Shown: positions 20,736-34,803 of the stretch, in pieces
Position numbering within the stretch: position 1 is the first letter of the stretch
Layout of the letters: every line of letters begins with the position of its first letter
Assembly: GCA_964252035.1 (NCBI GenBank)
Contig: OZ176204.1
Reading direction: 5' to 3' (one strand)
Source of the DNA: Podarcis erhardii
Lineage: Eukaryota
DNA length: 64,000 nt
Position numbers and translations under genes: made by a program
The notes under the pieces: model-generated
What the model was told of the DNA's origin: nothing
What the model saw: the letters and a program-made list of their open reading frames with translations, nothing else
Databases searched by the model: none

Positions 20736-21716
20736 TTTAATAATAGCACTTGATTCAAGGAGTACCCTCCCCCAAACCGTGGGCCTGATCTTTCAAGGGG
20801 TGTGTGACCCCCTCCAGAACAAGTTACGAACCCAGACTAAAAGTTGGACACTGTACCTACCAACAACATGACTGTTCTGTGTGGATTATATTTCAGCATT
20901 TTCTACTTCATCCAGTCTTTCACAGCTACCAAACAGCAGTTCAGCCATTCAACTGCCTCCCTAGGATCATATAAAACTAAGAGGTAGGGTTGAGTGACAC
21001 ACCAGCATACTGATGACTCCATGACCCACACCCCAACCAGCATTTTCATGTGCAGTGTATATTAAACAGCATGGGAAACAGAAGGGAACCTTCCAGGACC
21101 CCAGAGCCCGCAAACAAAGGGAAAGAACAGCAGTCCCTTGGCACCATCTTCTGGGTCCAAATTCTCATGAATCAATGGAGTTGGTTCAATACTGTGCCCC
21201 TAATCCCCACCCTTTCAAGATGGTCCAGAAGGGTACCACAACTGATGGACTTGACCACCACTAAGAAATCCAGGAGAATCAGCAGAGATGCTCCCTCCCA
21301 GTCCATTTTCCATTGGAGGTTATCCACCTGGACGACTAAGGCAATTTCAGTGACAATACAGACAACATTGAGCAGATGCCATGGTGGTGGAAAATGAAGA
21401 TTCCTTTGCCACCATCATTGTCACAAAACAGGCTCAATAACTAGTTCTAAGCTGTTTTGGTTGGGCTCACTATGAATCTTCCTGTATTTTCACTCCAGTG
21501 GTCTGCTCATTTGTTTCATTGCTCCTCAGTAAACCAAAGAGTTTTATAAGCCCCAGGGGAGAGCTAAGCTCCACCAGGGGCTTAGAAGCAATAGAATTGA
21601 TAACTGGGCTACTTCTATATTTCACAGATTGACCAGGACAGTGGCAGAACTGCAATCTATTTCAGTGGGAATTCTTCCACCCACACAGGGAGCTATCAGG
21701 ATTCTACCTGGATCCA

Positions 21717-22218
21717 TCAGTCTCCAAGGATGGACAATTTCAATAGCTCCTTCCTGCAGAGTTGGGCAGTTGTCCAGAGACTAAACCTAACCAGGCAGTG
21801 ATCTGTCAATGACAAGGGAAGCGCACCGACTTCCTCTGCCATCAGACCATATTGTCCCAGCCCAGGACAAAGCAGCAAGTCAAGCACATGCCCTACAATT
21901 TGTGTGTGGGACCAGGTACCATTTGAGGCAGGCCCACAGTTGTCATGGTAGCCATGAAATCCTGAGCTACTCCAGTCAGGTATGAAACTCACCCAAGTTT
22001 GTAAACCCTGGAGAATCCAGCATCACTATGAAGATTATCATGGCCAGCTTTGGTAAGCAGACTGTTAGATGGTGCACCAAGAGAATTGCTATCATATCCT
22101 GTGTTTTCAACACCATATGCAGACACACAGACCTAGTGGGTTGCCTGGCAAGAATGATGGCATCATGGCAGACAGCAGCAATCCCTCCTCCCTGTCTACT
22201 GGGACTATGCTGCTGCAT
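21717..22218 (-). mobile_element. L2 LINE APE endonuclease remnant
   Basis: Minus frames give GHVLDLLL...PLSLTDHCLVRF and ...LDSPGFTNLGEFH, typical EEP endonuclease motifs with frameshifts. Probably the same element as 20040-20735. Confidence 0.7.
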
Positions 22219-24271
22219 AGTGTAGTAATGATGACTGCTTGACTTGTGGTGATATAATTGCTAACAGTTATGAACCATTAAAAATCCAATTTCAAAATGT
22301 GTGGTGTTTAAGGCTGAATATATCCAACAGCAGGCTTTTAAACTATGCTGAGAATCTTGCTGCCTTCTATTGTAATTGCTTAGCTCCCCCTCACATACAG
22401 AAATCTAAAATGGCAACTCTGACATGCAGTGGGAAAGGGCAAGGCATCCAAACATTCTACAATTCCCTTCCAGTGTAAATATATATTCAAGGTGAGGACT
22501 ACAACCCATACGCAACTTTTTATTTATTTATTGAATTTATATATCGTCCTATACCCACCAGGTCTCATATCCTAAATCTTGTAAACAAGCCATTCACCAA
22601 AGTGTCTGGTTTTACCTAATGGCTATAGCCCTTTTGCTGAACCCCAATGATCTTGGAGAACTACACAAGGGATTTCTTTCACTCTGCTTCTGCTGTTGCT
22701 GCCAGCAAAGGAGCAGAGACTGTGCTTTGGAATGGATTCTAAATTTCTGGCATGGTGTCATCATTTGCTAGTCACACAGCCTCCAGTCTCATTTGTAATG
22801 GATCAGTTTTCATTTTGACCTACTTTAAATTAATCTGAAAGCTTTATCTGAGCACTGAAATATTTTCTGTGGCTAGGGGAGGTCTTTGCTCTGCTCTTCC
22901 AAATGACCTTTTCTTCGTACTTAATGCCATACACTTTCCCCAACATTACCTCTTACAATTGACACTCTTCCACCCTTCACCTTCCCGATTATACAAGCAC
23001 AGATCCTTGTCAAGATTTAACGACTGCAATTGCATCAAGTATAACTCTCAAAGAGATTAGTAAATACACCCCACATTCTCTGCCCATGAAAGACACAAAT
23101 ATCATCATATTTTTTCAGTCACAGCATCTACACCGAAGCTGACTATCCTTAGGTAAAATGTCCCAATCTAGCAATTGAATTTTATACATGCAAATAATAC
23201 ATGTGAAAATGTATTGCAATGCTCTCCAGTCCCCACTGAATGCAATGAATGTGTCTAATGGGATGGATAGATCAGTCAAATTCTGCTCCATGTCTGTCTC
23301 CTGTGTGTTTATTCATAAGTTATTCCCCCCCATTTTCATATCGATCTGTGATGATTTTTTTAAAAAGGGAAAAACATGTATGGAAATTTGCATTATTTTT
23401 CAATGCATTTTATTATTTTCACAAAATGCAGAGTTGTGTACACATTTTACCCAAAGCACACATGGGGGGGGCTGTATTATACCTAAAACACAAGTTTTCA
23501 AGACAATTTGGTATAATTCTTTTAGTCAAGAACTTGCAGAAGTGCAAAAACCAAAAGATAACTGTGTTCCAATCTATACATTAATCCAGGAAATGTGAAT
23601 CAGATTGATTCATTTAAAAAATACTGTATGGACAAAACAACACCCTCCACCCTCCCTACTAATGGGAAATTTTCATCCCCCCCCATCCAGATTGCACATA
23701 AGCAGTACATTACAATAAAAATGAGTTCACTTTTCATTTAAAAAAATAATAAACGGGAAAAGTATGTGAATAAAATCTATTATAGGAAACCCTATAAGAA
23801 TTAACAGAGTTATTTTAGACCCCAAATGTACTATAAAAAATAATCCCAAACATTTCTTATTCTTTGATATTAACTAGGAGTAATTGTCAAATACATCTAA
23901 TGGTTTTTTAAACTAAACTATGATCTGGGCCCAATATCAGATAACTGAAACAACTATTAGAGGATTAAAAGGTTACTTAAATTCTTGACAGTTGTTTACA
24001 ATTACTTTAGATATTCTGAATAAGAAGAAAATGTGTTTTGCTTGTTTGAAAAGTTTTGTTGCTGTTGGCTTTTTTAAAAATAAAAAAGTTTCGACATTGT
24101 TTCTAACATTCTTTATGTGTTTCCCATAATAAAATATGAATAAGCATTACTGGAATATACAATTTTCAGTAATCATGTAAGCACTCTTGCTCATAGTCTC
24201 AGTCTTGCAATGTCTCAGTCTATTGCATTAAAACTTACTTGACGTTCCACTTCTTCCAATGTATATGTTTA

Positions 24272-24622
<351 letters not shown>

Positions 24623-24775
24623 CTAAAATGTGAAGAGGAGAGAAATAAATGTAATCATAACTGAAGTGCAGAACAGGAAGTGGGAATGGATTGCGCAGTG
24701 AGTTCTGCGTGCCCAAGGAGGCTTAGGCCCTCTCCCCTTCCTGCATAGCTCAGGTTCTCAGCTACTATGCTATAC

Positions 24776-24911
24776 CAGTGTTTCCCAAACTTGGGTCTCC
24801 AGCTGTTATTGGACTACAACTCCCATCATCCCTAGCTGGCAAGACCAGCGGTCAGGGATGATGGGAACTGTAGCCTGAAAACAGCTGGAAACTAAAGTTT
24901 GGGAAAATCTG
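24776..24911. mobile_element. Palindromic hAT MITE, TSD TGCTATAC
   Basis: cagtgtttcccaaacttggg...aagtttgggaaaatctg; TSD at 24768-24775 and 24912-24919. Confidence 0.88.
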
Positions 24912-25220
24912 TGCTATACCATCTATTTCATAATCTAAACATAGTAATCTAAGGAACACTCAAATAACAAAAGACAATCGAACAAAAAAGAGTAGTGAGA
25001 TTTTTAAGCACCTCTACAAGTAAGAACTTCCCCCCAACATTCTCTCCCACTCTCCCAAAAAGATATCCCATCCTAGCATGACCAAGACATGGAATCCAGG
25101 GCAGGACTACATAGATAGGGGCTGGGCTGGCTCTCAGTGGCTCCCACTGAGCTGTGTGGGATAATGCAGGTCGGCTACAGTAGGCAACATGATTCCCCCG
25201 GTGTCATTTTTTTTCTACTG

Positions 25221-25423
25221 TGGAGGAGGAGGAGGAGGAGTTTGGATTTGATATCCCGCCTTTCACTCCCTTTAAGGAGTCTCAAAGCGGCTAACATTCT
25301 CCTTTCCCTTCCTCCCCCACAACAAACACTCTGTGAGGTGAGTGGGGCTGAGAGACTTCAAAGAAGTGTGACTAGCCCAAGATAACGAGACTACCGCTCT
25401 TAACCACTACACCACACTGGCTC
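25221..25423 (-). mobile_element. tRNA-derived SINE with (CCT)n tail, internally deleted (Squam3-like)
   Basis: The minus-strand head reads agagccagtgtggtgtagtggttaagagcggtag; (GGA)n on the + strand marks the tail. Confidence 0.7.
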
Positions 25424-26804
25424 TACTGTGCCACTACAACAGCTGGCATCTTGCTCATTAATAAATAGCAGAGTAAATGCAATCTTAAAATTCATTCCTT
25501 TATCCAGTACCAAAGGCCAGGTGACACTAAAACAGTGCAATCTACTTCCGAAGCATAGGGAGAAATAGAGAATGCTGGACTTCCTTGGGAGGGAATTCCA
25601 AATATATGGTGCCACTATGAAGATGTCGCTTCCGTTTGCAGCTGTTGAAGGAATTTCCAGTATTGAATGTTCCCCGATGGGATTATATGACCCAGACAGT
25701 TTAAGGCTTTTAATGAAAGATGGTAACCAGCACCCTGAATGGTGCCCAAATTAGTGCATCCACAGAGAGCATGTCAGTAGGAATTGCTTGTCCCAGAGGT
25801 GCTCAGCACTTTTGATTCTGGGCTTGGCTTCCTCTGTAACTACCCTCCCCTACGACTATGGACTTGCTTGTGAACGCCTTCTCTCTGCTTTCATGGGTAG
25901 TAAGCATGCAGGGAAATGCCTGCTCTCATGAGAACCCCAAGGCCCATATGGTTTTTGTTTCATGTGTTGTCATTCTATTATCCAACTCCTGGAAACTGTG
26001 AATCACGGCCCTTTGTGGGGCTGACTGTGCTATGATCCATTTATGTTGTTGTCTTCTGAGGTTGCTTCACATTCCCTGATGAAATCCTCAGTGTTTCTTA
26101 ACTGTGCGGGGCGCCACTTTTCTTTGTCAGCAATATGCATGCACGATTATTTGTTTTTATTTGCGATACTTCAGCTGTTTTATACATACAGATGGCCTGT
26201 TAATGAGGACGTGAGTGATGCCTTTTTCCTCACTTAGACAAATCTTTGGATTTTGCAAGACACATAACTAAACAGAATATGGGATTGCTAATTATATGAG
26301 AAAATACATTGCAGTTGTGTTGATAAAATGCATGAAGAAGATAATCCAGATTTGCATTAAAACTAGGGGTACTAATACAGACGTCTGAATAAGTAGGCTA
26401 TACTAAGTACCATGCTAGCACAGCAATGTTTAGGTACTGAAACAGATGCCACAGTTGGTGTCCATTTTTACAGGGTCTCCTGCTGTCTCCTCTTTCACTC
26501 CCCTTCTCTTGTGCCCTGCTTCTTCCATACCTTTCCCATTCCATCCTTGTTTCATCAAGCAAATGCCACACTCACACTCTGGTCATAACAAGCTCCAGAG
26601 TATTTCATAATGATGTTTCTAAACTCTCCCGACACTAAATATCAGGGTTACTGAGTAAGTTGCTCCATGACTGCTGCAGAACGAGTCTTAAGGTCCCAGC
26701 AGGCATGAGATGGTTAAATTACAGTTAAGGCCATTTGGTTGCTTGGCAGGCTGTCGATTCAGCTGACATGTCAGCTAGCACTGGGAATTGAAACTAGTTT
26801 TTTA

Positions 26805-26805
26805 A

Positions 26806-26861
<56 letters not shown>

Positions 26862-26863
26862 AA
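26805..26863. repeat. (AAAG)~14 microsatellite
   Basis: Read directly. Confidence 0.95.
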
Positions 26864-27741
26864 CCATTGGCTCAGTTTCTTCGAACTGAGTCCAAATTAC
26901 AAAATGGTATTTTGACATAATATGCATGTAAAGGTGGAGTTCCTGGCTGCAGAGGTGCTGGCAAATCTCCCGTTCCCTGATAATAGCTGACCCCGATTCC
27001 CAGATAAGATTTGTGCCTGAACTTAAATGTTTCTAAAATTATCACACACACACACTTCTCTCTACTGGAAGGCTGTAGGGATTAAATGTCTTTCCTCAAA
27101 GGCTGTTGGTAACCCACTGTGACCTGAGCAGGCCAAAGGCCTCTTTGTTACCCATTCATGCAACTGCACTTCTGTTCTGCTGGAGACATTTTATAAGGCT
27201 CCCAGAATAAATTTAAGCTTTCCGAAAGCCAAGTGGGTCCTTAGCTTTAAGAAAATCTCTGCTTTGCTCTGGGAACTTGTGCACTATATCTTGGTGTAGA
27301 GGTCCAAATAGCTCTTGGTTGTTAAAACTGTGTAGAGGGAAAAGCAGGTGTTTGGCACGAAAACCCGAACTTGGCAGGGATGGGAGATCCCATGGCCAAT
27401 GGCGATGGCTCGTGCTGTGTTGTGTGTATGTGAGAACTTCAGAAAAGTACATTCAGCGTATCTGGCCCTGTTAAAGGAGGCAATGAAACAAGGTGGGTAT
27501 TTCCCTTGTTTTATTGCATGGGGATAAGGAAGGCCATAAATGCACAGCTTTCAATGAGGAATGCTATATTTTCCACTTAAAGGAGCCAAAAAGTTTGCCA
27601 GAAGGGTAAGTTGGGCTACTGGGGTCAGGTGGGTCTGGGCTGCAAAGGGGGTGTGAGTGAAGCCAAGCAGACAGGGATCAAGTGGAAATTCTGGAGTAGC
27701 AGAATTCAAGACTACTAACTGACATGTGCCATGAGCTAAGT

Positions 27742-27816
27742 CAGTGTTTCCCAGTGGTCAGGGATGATGGGTATTGTAGTTCGAAAATAGCTGGAGACCC
27801 AAGTTTGGGAAACGAT
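27742..27816. mobile_element. Internally deleted palindromic hAT MITE
   Basis: cagtgtttccc...gggatgatgggtattgtagttc...aagtttgggaaac; flanked by gctaagt on both sides. Confidence 0.7.
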
Positions 27817-29119
27817 GCTAAGTGAAAGGGTGAACAAGGCAAAAAGGAGGAGAAAACAGGAAGCACAAGCAGGAGGTTCAACAGGCATAGCTGGATTCGA
27901 GTCCCTGATTTGAACTGTTGCTCATTCTTCCAGCAGCCACAGCCACTACAGCTTCTTTTTATAGTAGCGGTAGAGAACCTTTCTCAGCTCAAGAGCCATA
28001 TTGTGTTGTGGGCAACATTCTAAGGGCCATATGCCAGTGGTGGGGGGGGGAAGGGGGGAGAGGAAGGACCTACTGACAAGAGAGCTTGGGGATCCACATT
28101 TGCACCCAGAATCTATCTTCCTTGGATGCCTGTGCAAGAATGCCACTTAGTGGTTTTTATTCACAATGAAGCGGTAGTATAAAATTGTTGTGAAATAAAA
28201 GTAAATAAATAATGATTTCTCCTTCGGGCAAAAATAGAAACTGTTTGCAGAAGGTTGGTGACAGCACAAGAAACCCTGGACATTTCTCGTGAGTTAAAAT
28301 GGGCATTTATTGGGAGCTAAAATGGGGCGTTTCCTACCCTTCTGGTGAACCATCTTCCTGGTCTCCATGGCAGGCACCCGCTCCACATTGTCATGTTACT
28401 CCTACGCCAGGAAGACCCAGTGTGTGATCCTAGCTCTTCCCTGAGGTGCTAATTTAAATCCAAGCTGAGGTGTACATGGAGAAGAGGAGCTCCTGTTCTT
28501 TATGCTGCATCTCTTTTACTTTGCTGAGAATCACCCTGCTTTAGCCAGACAATACAGATGAACCACTATGGAGGCTTCCTGGCCATGGTCCCCTCCTTTT
28601 CTTGACTGCAGCCAAGGAAGGGCTATTAAAATAAATAGTGGTGTTTCTGCACAGGATGGACTGCAGGGTTTTATATATATATATATTTCTGGCTCAACTC
28701 CTTCTTCCCTAGAGTAAGCTGGGAGTGTCATGGTGACCCTCACAGCTGTGCAGGGTTCTCAGTGAGATGGGTTATCCCACACCGCTAGTAAATTTGTTGG
28801 AATTGCTCCTGCTCCCTCCTGCCAAGCAATAAATACTCAGTGTAAATGTGGAAGGAAACACACACATAAAAATTGCCCCTCCCTTCCATTTAATAATAAT
28901 CAGCATTTTATACAGTGCTTGAAGCTACATGATGTCTTGTGATCCTTGCAGGGACCAAGTATTGTTATACGGTTGGTGTTATTATTCTGATATTGCAGAG
29001 GAAGCTTTGAGGCTGAGACAGAGTGGGGTGAACAAGGTGACTTCATGGCAAGAGACCAGGGATTTCCTGATTTGTAGTTTAGAAGTAACTGAATCTTACT
29101 TCAGCACTAATTATAGGAC

Positions 29120-29225
29120 CAGGGCTCTCCCCCCCCCCCAGCCAGAACTCACCAGAACATAGTTCTGGCACCTCTCAGGTGGGCTCCATTGCCATTCCAA
29201 GAAAATGAGGGAGGTGCTCATGGTT
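29120..29225. mobile_element. hAT MITE fragment (reverse of the 17389 family)
   Basis: cagggctctcccc...cagccagaactcaccagaac...ggcacctctcaggtgggc...ccattgccatt mirrors 17450-17521. Confidence 0.6.
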
Positions 29226-29529
29226 CATGTGCCTTGCATTACACATATTTCCACATGCATTCTCCTTCCCTGGCACAGGAAGATTTTGCTTCTGAATTCC
29301 CTTAACCACAGTTTAGTGTGTCACCAAACCCACACTGGTATTTAATATGTGTGTTGCTCTCTGGGTTCATAGTGTGGCTATCCTTAAGTTCTCCACACTT
29401 CAGTTTCTCCAAGGACGTCTTGATCTATTTTATTACATTGTTTTTAATCCTGACCTTCATCCAAGAGGGTCACAGTGACATCCCCGCCCCCACTCCTTCC
29501 TTCTGCTACAAGCAGCACTTTAAAAACAG

Positions 29530-29680
29530 CGAATAGAATGAGTTTTGGACTGAACCTCCACTATAGCCATAAATTCAGTGGGTGGACAAAGACAGGCCTC
29601 TCGCATTTCTTAATTCTAAGTTTCCCTGTGTTAAAGTAGGAATCACAACCCTTGACAGAGTTGTTGTGAGGATAGATAAC
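29530..29680 (+). mobile_element. Old MIR/CORE-like SINE
   Basis: ...agtttccctgtgttaaagtaggaat...cagagttgttgtgaggatagat resembles the MIR 3' consensus. Confidence 0.45.
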
Positions 29681-30640
29681 AAAAACATTGTGAAAAATAT
29701 ACTCCACAACCATCCTCAACTACACATTATGCAGACTCCCAAGATTCTTCCCTTCAGGTATGTGGACATGGCGGTGCTGGTGGTTGTTTTGCATTCTGAG
29801 CTCCAAGCAGATAAACAGATGGTCTGGCTTTGGAACAAGGCAGCTTCCTTTGTTATTCTCATATACCCCACCTACCCTTTCCCCTGTCAAACCACAAATG
29901 GGCTATAATAAGATTTCTGAAGCATCTAATCTCCCCCCACCACTCCCTTCCCCCACTTTGGTGAGTGGCCAACTGGGGCCCAACTGGTCCGTGTATCTCA
30001 TGGGACGGCTTTGCCAAGCATCTTGGCAGCATCAGGCATCATAAAGGATCTATTTGCTTCCCTTGGGACAATTCTCCAAAAGTATCCATTTGCAGAGTTT
30101 CAGTCATGCCTGGATTTGATGCTGGACTTTTACAAATGCAATAACGTGCACAAGCATCCTCTCAGGCTGGAAGGCAAATTGACCACTGAGGGTGTATCTT
30201 CTTCTGAAAGCTCCAGGGACAAAGCAGTGTATTGGAACATACAAGCATGTAGCCAGCAAGATGCTGGACTCACTCCACACAGAGATCTGCGTCGGTGGGA
30301 ATATTTAATTAGCAAATGCTTATCCCTCAAATGTCAGAATAAAATAAACGAGTGATTTGAATTGCTGGATGACTGCTGGATAAATCCCCTGTGTAGAAAC
30401 ACTGTCTTGAAATGTGACCATTTGCCATAGCATGAAGTTCAGTTGTCAAATGCTAGTGGGATAAATGATAGGCTCCCCAAATCATGACAGATGTGTGGTC
30501 ATCTCCAAAAGCAGTGGTGCCATGTCTCCTCTTCCTTTCTCCCTCCCGTAATATTTTGTATTGGAATCATGATGCATGATATCTCACCCACCTACCCACC
30601 TGCACCAACTATACATTTTTCCACCCTACATGTTTTCGTG

Positions 30641-30770
30641 CAGGCTTCTTCAACCTCCAGATGTTTTGAGACTACAATTCCCATCATCTCTGACCACTGG
30701 TCCTGCTAGCTAGGGAACATAGGAGTTGTAGGCCAAAAAACATCTGGAGGGCTGAGGTTGAGGAAGCCTG
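30641..30770. mobile_element. Palindromic hAT MITE, TSD TTTT(C/A)GTG
   Basis: Same subfamily as 4712; TSD matches at 7 of 8 positions (30633-30640, 30771-30778). Confidence 0.85.
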
Positions 30771-31829
30771 TTTTAGTGGAACATCGTATTCCATGCTTTC
30801 CTGGGTGCAAAAGTTTCTATGTCATCCATTCAAAAGAACCCATGCAGTCTTGAACTGGGAGGAGACATTGGGGTGTTAAGCTTTGAACCTCTGCCTATGC
30901 TGATGCCGCATGTGTGTAAACATATGCAAATATTACAAGACATCAATAAGCCTCCTGTGACCTTATTCCGAAGGGGACCAAGCCCAAGAAAGTGCTGTAC
31001 CCCTGAAATTTCTTGCCGCTTAAGAGAATCAAGGTGTGCACATAACAGCTTAGTAAGGCAAAAATGTATGGCCTGACATTGTGTTGAGGGTTTGCAACTC
31101 CTACACCACTTCACGTAGCAAGCAATTTGTCCTGTGAAATGCTAAGAGGAAGAGTGGAGGAAGAGATATTTTAACTGCGGTTGGGTGGTGAATGTAACTT
31201 GCAGAACCTGTCTTAGATTACCGTATAAATAAGAACAAACCAGTCTATTAAAAGCAGCATTATTGTAACAAAAGAATATTAGTTTAAACTACTTTAAAAC
31301 ATTTGTTGGGAAAGCTATTATACTGCCACCTCAAGTCTAGTACGATTATGGTCTTGCAGGAGTCCCTTAAGAGGATATTCCACAGCTAGGGCACCACAAC
31401 AGAGAGACTGCCTGGGCAGCCAGTAATTTAAGTAGCTGAAAAGAAAGCACAGCAGCAGAGATCCTCTGGATATTCTTAGACTGTAGAGAAGCTCACACTG
31501 GAGAAAAAGTTCTCTTGAGTACTGGCTGCAGATGTTTTAATCTATTAGGGTGGCTTTCAATTTTGTTTTACTCAGATATGGTTGGCATCTGCCCATCTCG
31601 GGAGACAGTGGAATAGTGCACTTTCGGAGACAAAGTCACACTGTTGATGAGTAGAGCCATTGAAATCAATGAACATTCGGTCCATATAGTTAAGTGGGTC
31701 TGCTCTGAGTAACACTCAGTTGAATACCACCTTTAGGATTTCAGTGGATTTTCCTGGTGGTGTTGATTGCATTAATTAAAAGGTATCTAGATACAAATAT
31801 TTGATCATATTCCCTATGTGATTCACAAG

Positions 31830-32115
31830 AAAGAATAAAACAACATAGTAACTATGAACAGAATATAATACAGCAGAAAGGCCACAAGTTCACAAAATGC
31901 ACATAAAACAGCAATTTTAAAATTGTATTTAAAAAGTGTTTGGGGGGAAATGGTTGTGCCTGGCAAAAAAAAATATTAAAAAGGCACCAGGTGAACCTCT
32001 TTGGAGATAGTATTGTGTTACTGGGGAGCCATCAATAAGAAGGCCCTCTCACTCGTAGCCACTTGCCTCAACCCAGATGATGGGGGCACCTTCACGAGGC
32101 CCTTCTCTGAATATC
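31830..32115 (-). mobile_element. L2 LINE 3' fragment
   Basis: tgcctggc...aaggcaccaggtgaacctc...ggggagcc...gaaggccctctc...gtagccac is the reverse counterpart of the 62437 copy. Confidence 0.6.
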
Positions 32116-32713
32116 GTAATATAATTTAGAAACATTATCCCAAAAGTTGTTTCAGAAGGGGGGAGGGAATATACATCTCTCTTTTTCTACAATGATGACT
32201 GAGTGGCACGATTTGGCAGTGCTAATCAGGAAGTGCTTACACATGTTTCCAGATGCTGATTAAAGCTGCAAGAGATGAACTACTCAGGAGCCTATAAACC
32301 TAAAGTGCTGGCTTGGCAGATGCCTCAGTATTCAAATTAAGACCTGTGCTACAAATCTTGCAAATGCCTTGGCCACAATATTTTGGAAATAATCTATGTA
32401 GTGTTTAATTGGGCTGATCATTAGGCCCATTTGAGGGTGAAATGCATAAATGCCAAAGCTGGGATTCTATGCACTATGCCAGCAGAAATGTCAAGAGAGC
32501 TGTTTCCCAATGCTTCAGTCAACGTGAAATGTCAGGAAATAGGTTATTTTGACAGTACACAGGAAAATTTTTGACAGCACCCTGTTCCATTACATCAGGG
32601 GTGGCTATTTTATTTCATGGCTTTATGCTAATGTGGGCATGGTCACAGCTAAACATTTGGTGTGATCAAGCTGGAAAGTGGACGTTGCCAAAAAAGAAAA
32701 TAAATACCACATG

Positions 32714-32863
32714 CAGAACCATAGAATCATAGAACTGTAGAGTTGGAAGGGACCGCAATGATCATCTAGTCCAACCCCCTGCAGTGCAGGAATCTTTTGC
32801 TTATGTGGGGCTCAAACCCACAACCCTGAGATTAAGAGTCTCATGCTTTGCCAACTGAGCTAT
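32714..32863 (-). mobile_element. tRNA-Lys(CUU)-derived SINE with a CR1-type tail (second copy)
   Basis: Homologous to 14905-15052; retains the gagactcttaatctc anticodon arm. Confidence 0.8.
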
Positions 32864-34056
32864 GTATCAGAGCACATAGATAACACTGCATGGCTAGGAA
32901 GAACCAGTATGGACCCTCCTCCAATTTCATCAAATTATGTTTTCCCTAAGACAAGCCCCCTGCAAATTGGTTTGTTCACCCTCACAAGACCATCAATTCA
33001 GGTGTGTTACAAAGTCCTCCCGCGGCATGCTTTTATTACTAAGTGGTGAAGTGCTGGCTGCAATGCTTGTCCCACTATGATGCCATTGGTAGCACTCTGG
33101 ACAAATTGCTGAAGATCATTGGTCTTCAGTTGCTGACAGCATTGCAGGCAACTACTAATATTATTAATAACACTACCATTTTAATAACATGGACCTAAAA
33201 ACTTGGGAAAAGGGAAGTGAGCTTTCTTGAGTTCTGCTGTTGTAGAGAGGGGTCTTGAATATGTTATGGCAGCTTTTGGAAAGGTGGAAACAGCTGTGGA
33301 ATAACCACCAAATAATAGGCAGCATAATTTTCCCAGCATAAGCCCCCACTCAGACAAGTGATGGCCCAAGAAATAGATAGGCACCACATGTTCCCAGATG
33401 TGTGCCTCAGGATCTCTTGCAACCATGTGCATTGCTTTACTTTCTAAGACTAGAGATTCAATAAATGCCTTTAACAATTGGTAAGTGGCCAGCCTCTCTT
33501 TTAGAGCAAGACAGAGATCTACATTATAATTGTACTTATTCAAGTAATGTTAATAATTGTACTTATCCAAAATACTTGGTTCCTGTTTTAATCTTTCTGT
33601 TGACTGTATGCCCAAGGACCGCTTAGAGATGGAATCATTTTAGACTTCTTTTTGAAGTAGTTTATCTTTTTGGAACCATTCTTGAAAAGGAAAGGAAAAT
33701 CACTGCGATAAGAAGCACGGTTGTATTCAAAGGTTTTTTTAAAAAAAACCTGCTACAAGCTGGCCTTCTTAAGATTTTTTTCAAAGCAAAGTGTCCATCT
33801 GTTACCAGACAAATAACTTGTCATAGAGTGGCAGGGTAGATTTAGAGGCAATGTAATTCTGTATTTAATTTTGCAAGTTATTAAATTTTGACTTAAGTGG
33901 AATGGGTGGAAAATACGGTAATTTATACAACACGTACATTGAATCAGCTGGGTCTGCTTCTCATTCAGCTGTAGAAACTCAAATGGCTATAACCAAACAA
34001 TCTCAGCAACAAACAAGATAGTGACAAAGCCCTCTGAAACACCCCACCACACAAAA

Positions 34057-34157
34057 GCCAGCATGGTTTAGTGGTTGGAGTGTTAGACTAGGACTTGGGA
34101 GCTCAAGGTCCAAATCCCACTAAACCACTACTCATTGGGTGATCTTGGGCCAATCGC
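34057..34157 (+). mobile_element. tRNA-derived SINE head
   Basis: agccagcatggtttagtggttggagtgttagactaggac...ggtccaaatccc...gggtgatcttgggcc, with A- and B-box-like motifs. Confidence 0.6.
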
Positions 34158-34772
34158 AGTAGAGGACAGTGTGATATGGCAGCAATGTTCACCTGACCTC
34201 CTGACCACTGAGTCACCATTGGTTACCATGAAGAAGAAGAGGGTGAAGTAGGGGCGGCAGGGAGGCCACTGTGGTGCAAACACACTGGCGGGAGCACTGC
34301 AATGGCTCCAATGATGTGTTTACACTATGCTGAGCTCCCTGCTGCCTCATCCTCTCCTTCCCAGTAAGGAGAAGGAGGTTCACTGTCTCTTTGCTTAACC
34401 TACTTCACAGTATCATTGTGAGAATAAAATGGAGGAGGAAGATGTATGCCACCTTGATGTTCTTGAGAGAAAGTTGGCATATAAACTCAATAATAAAATA
34501 AAATGTTTGAAGAGGCACCATACCAAAGTTTCTTGTCTAAGGCAGAAGTCTGGACTTTCTTGTGGATTTTTGGCCGGCCTGCCAAAAAATATTAATCTGT
34601 AACTCAAACAGGATCACCCACATGCAAGTTCTCGGGTGTGCGAGAGAGAGAGATTGGGAGACAAAAATGGAGGACATATTCAGGGCTGTTTACAGCCATG
34701 TTCAAAAGAATTAAAATTCGAGCACATCATTCTAAACATAAGGACTAGAAACTTCAACTTTGTCCTTTTGTT

Positions 34773-34803
34773 AGAGAGAGGGAGAGAGAGAGAGAGAGAG
34801 AGA
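34773..34803. repeat. Interrupted (GA)n microsatellite
   Basis: Read directly. Confidence 0.9.
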
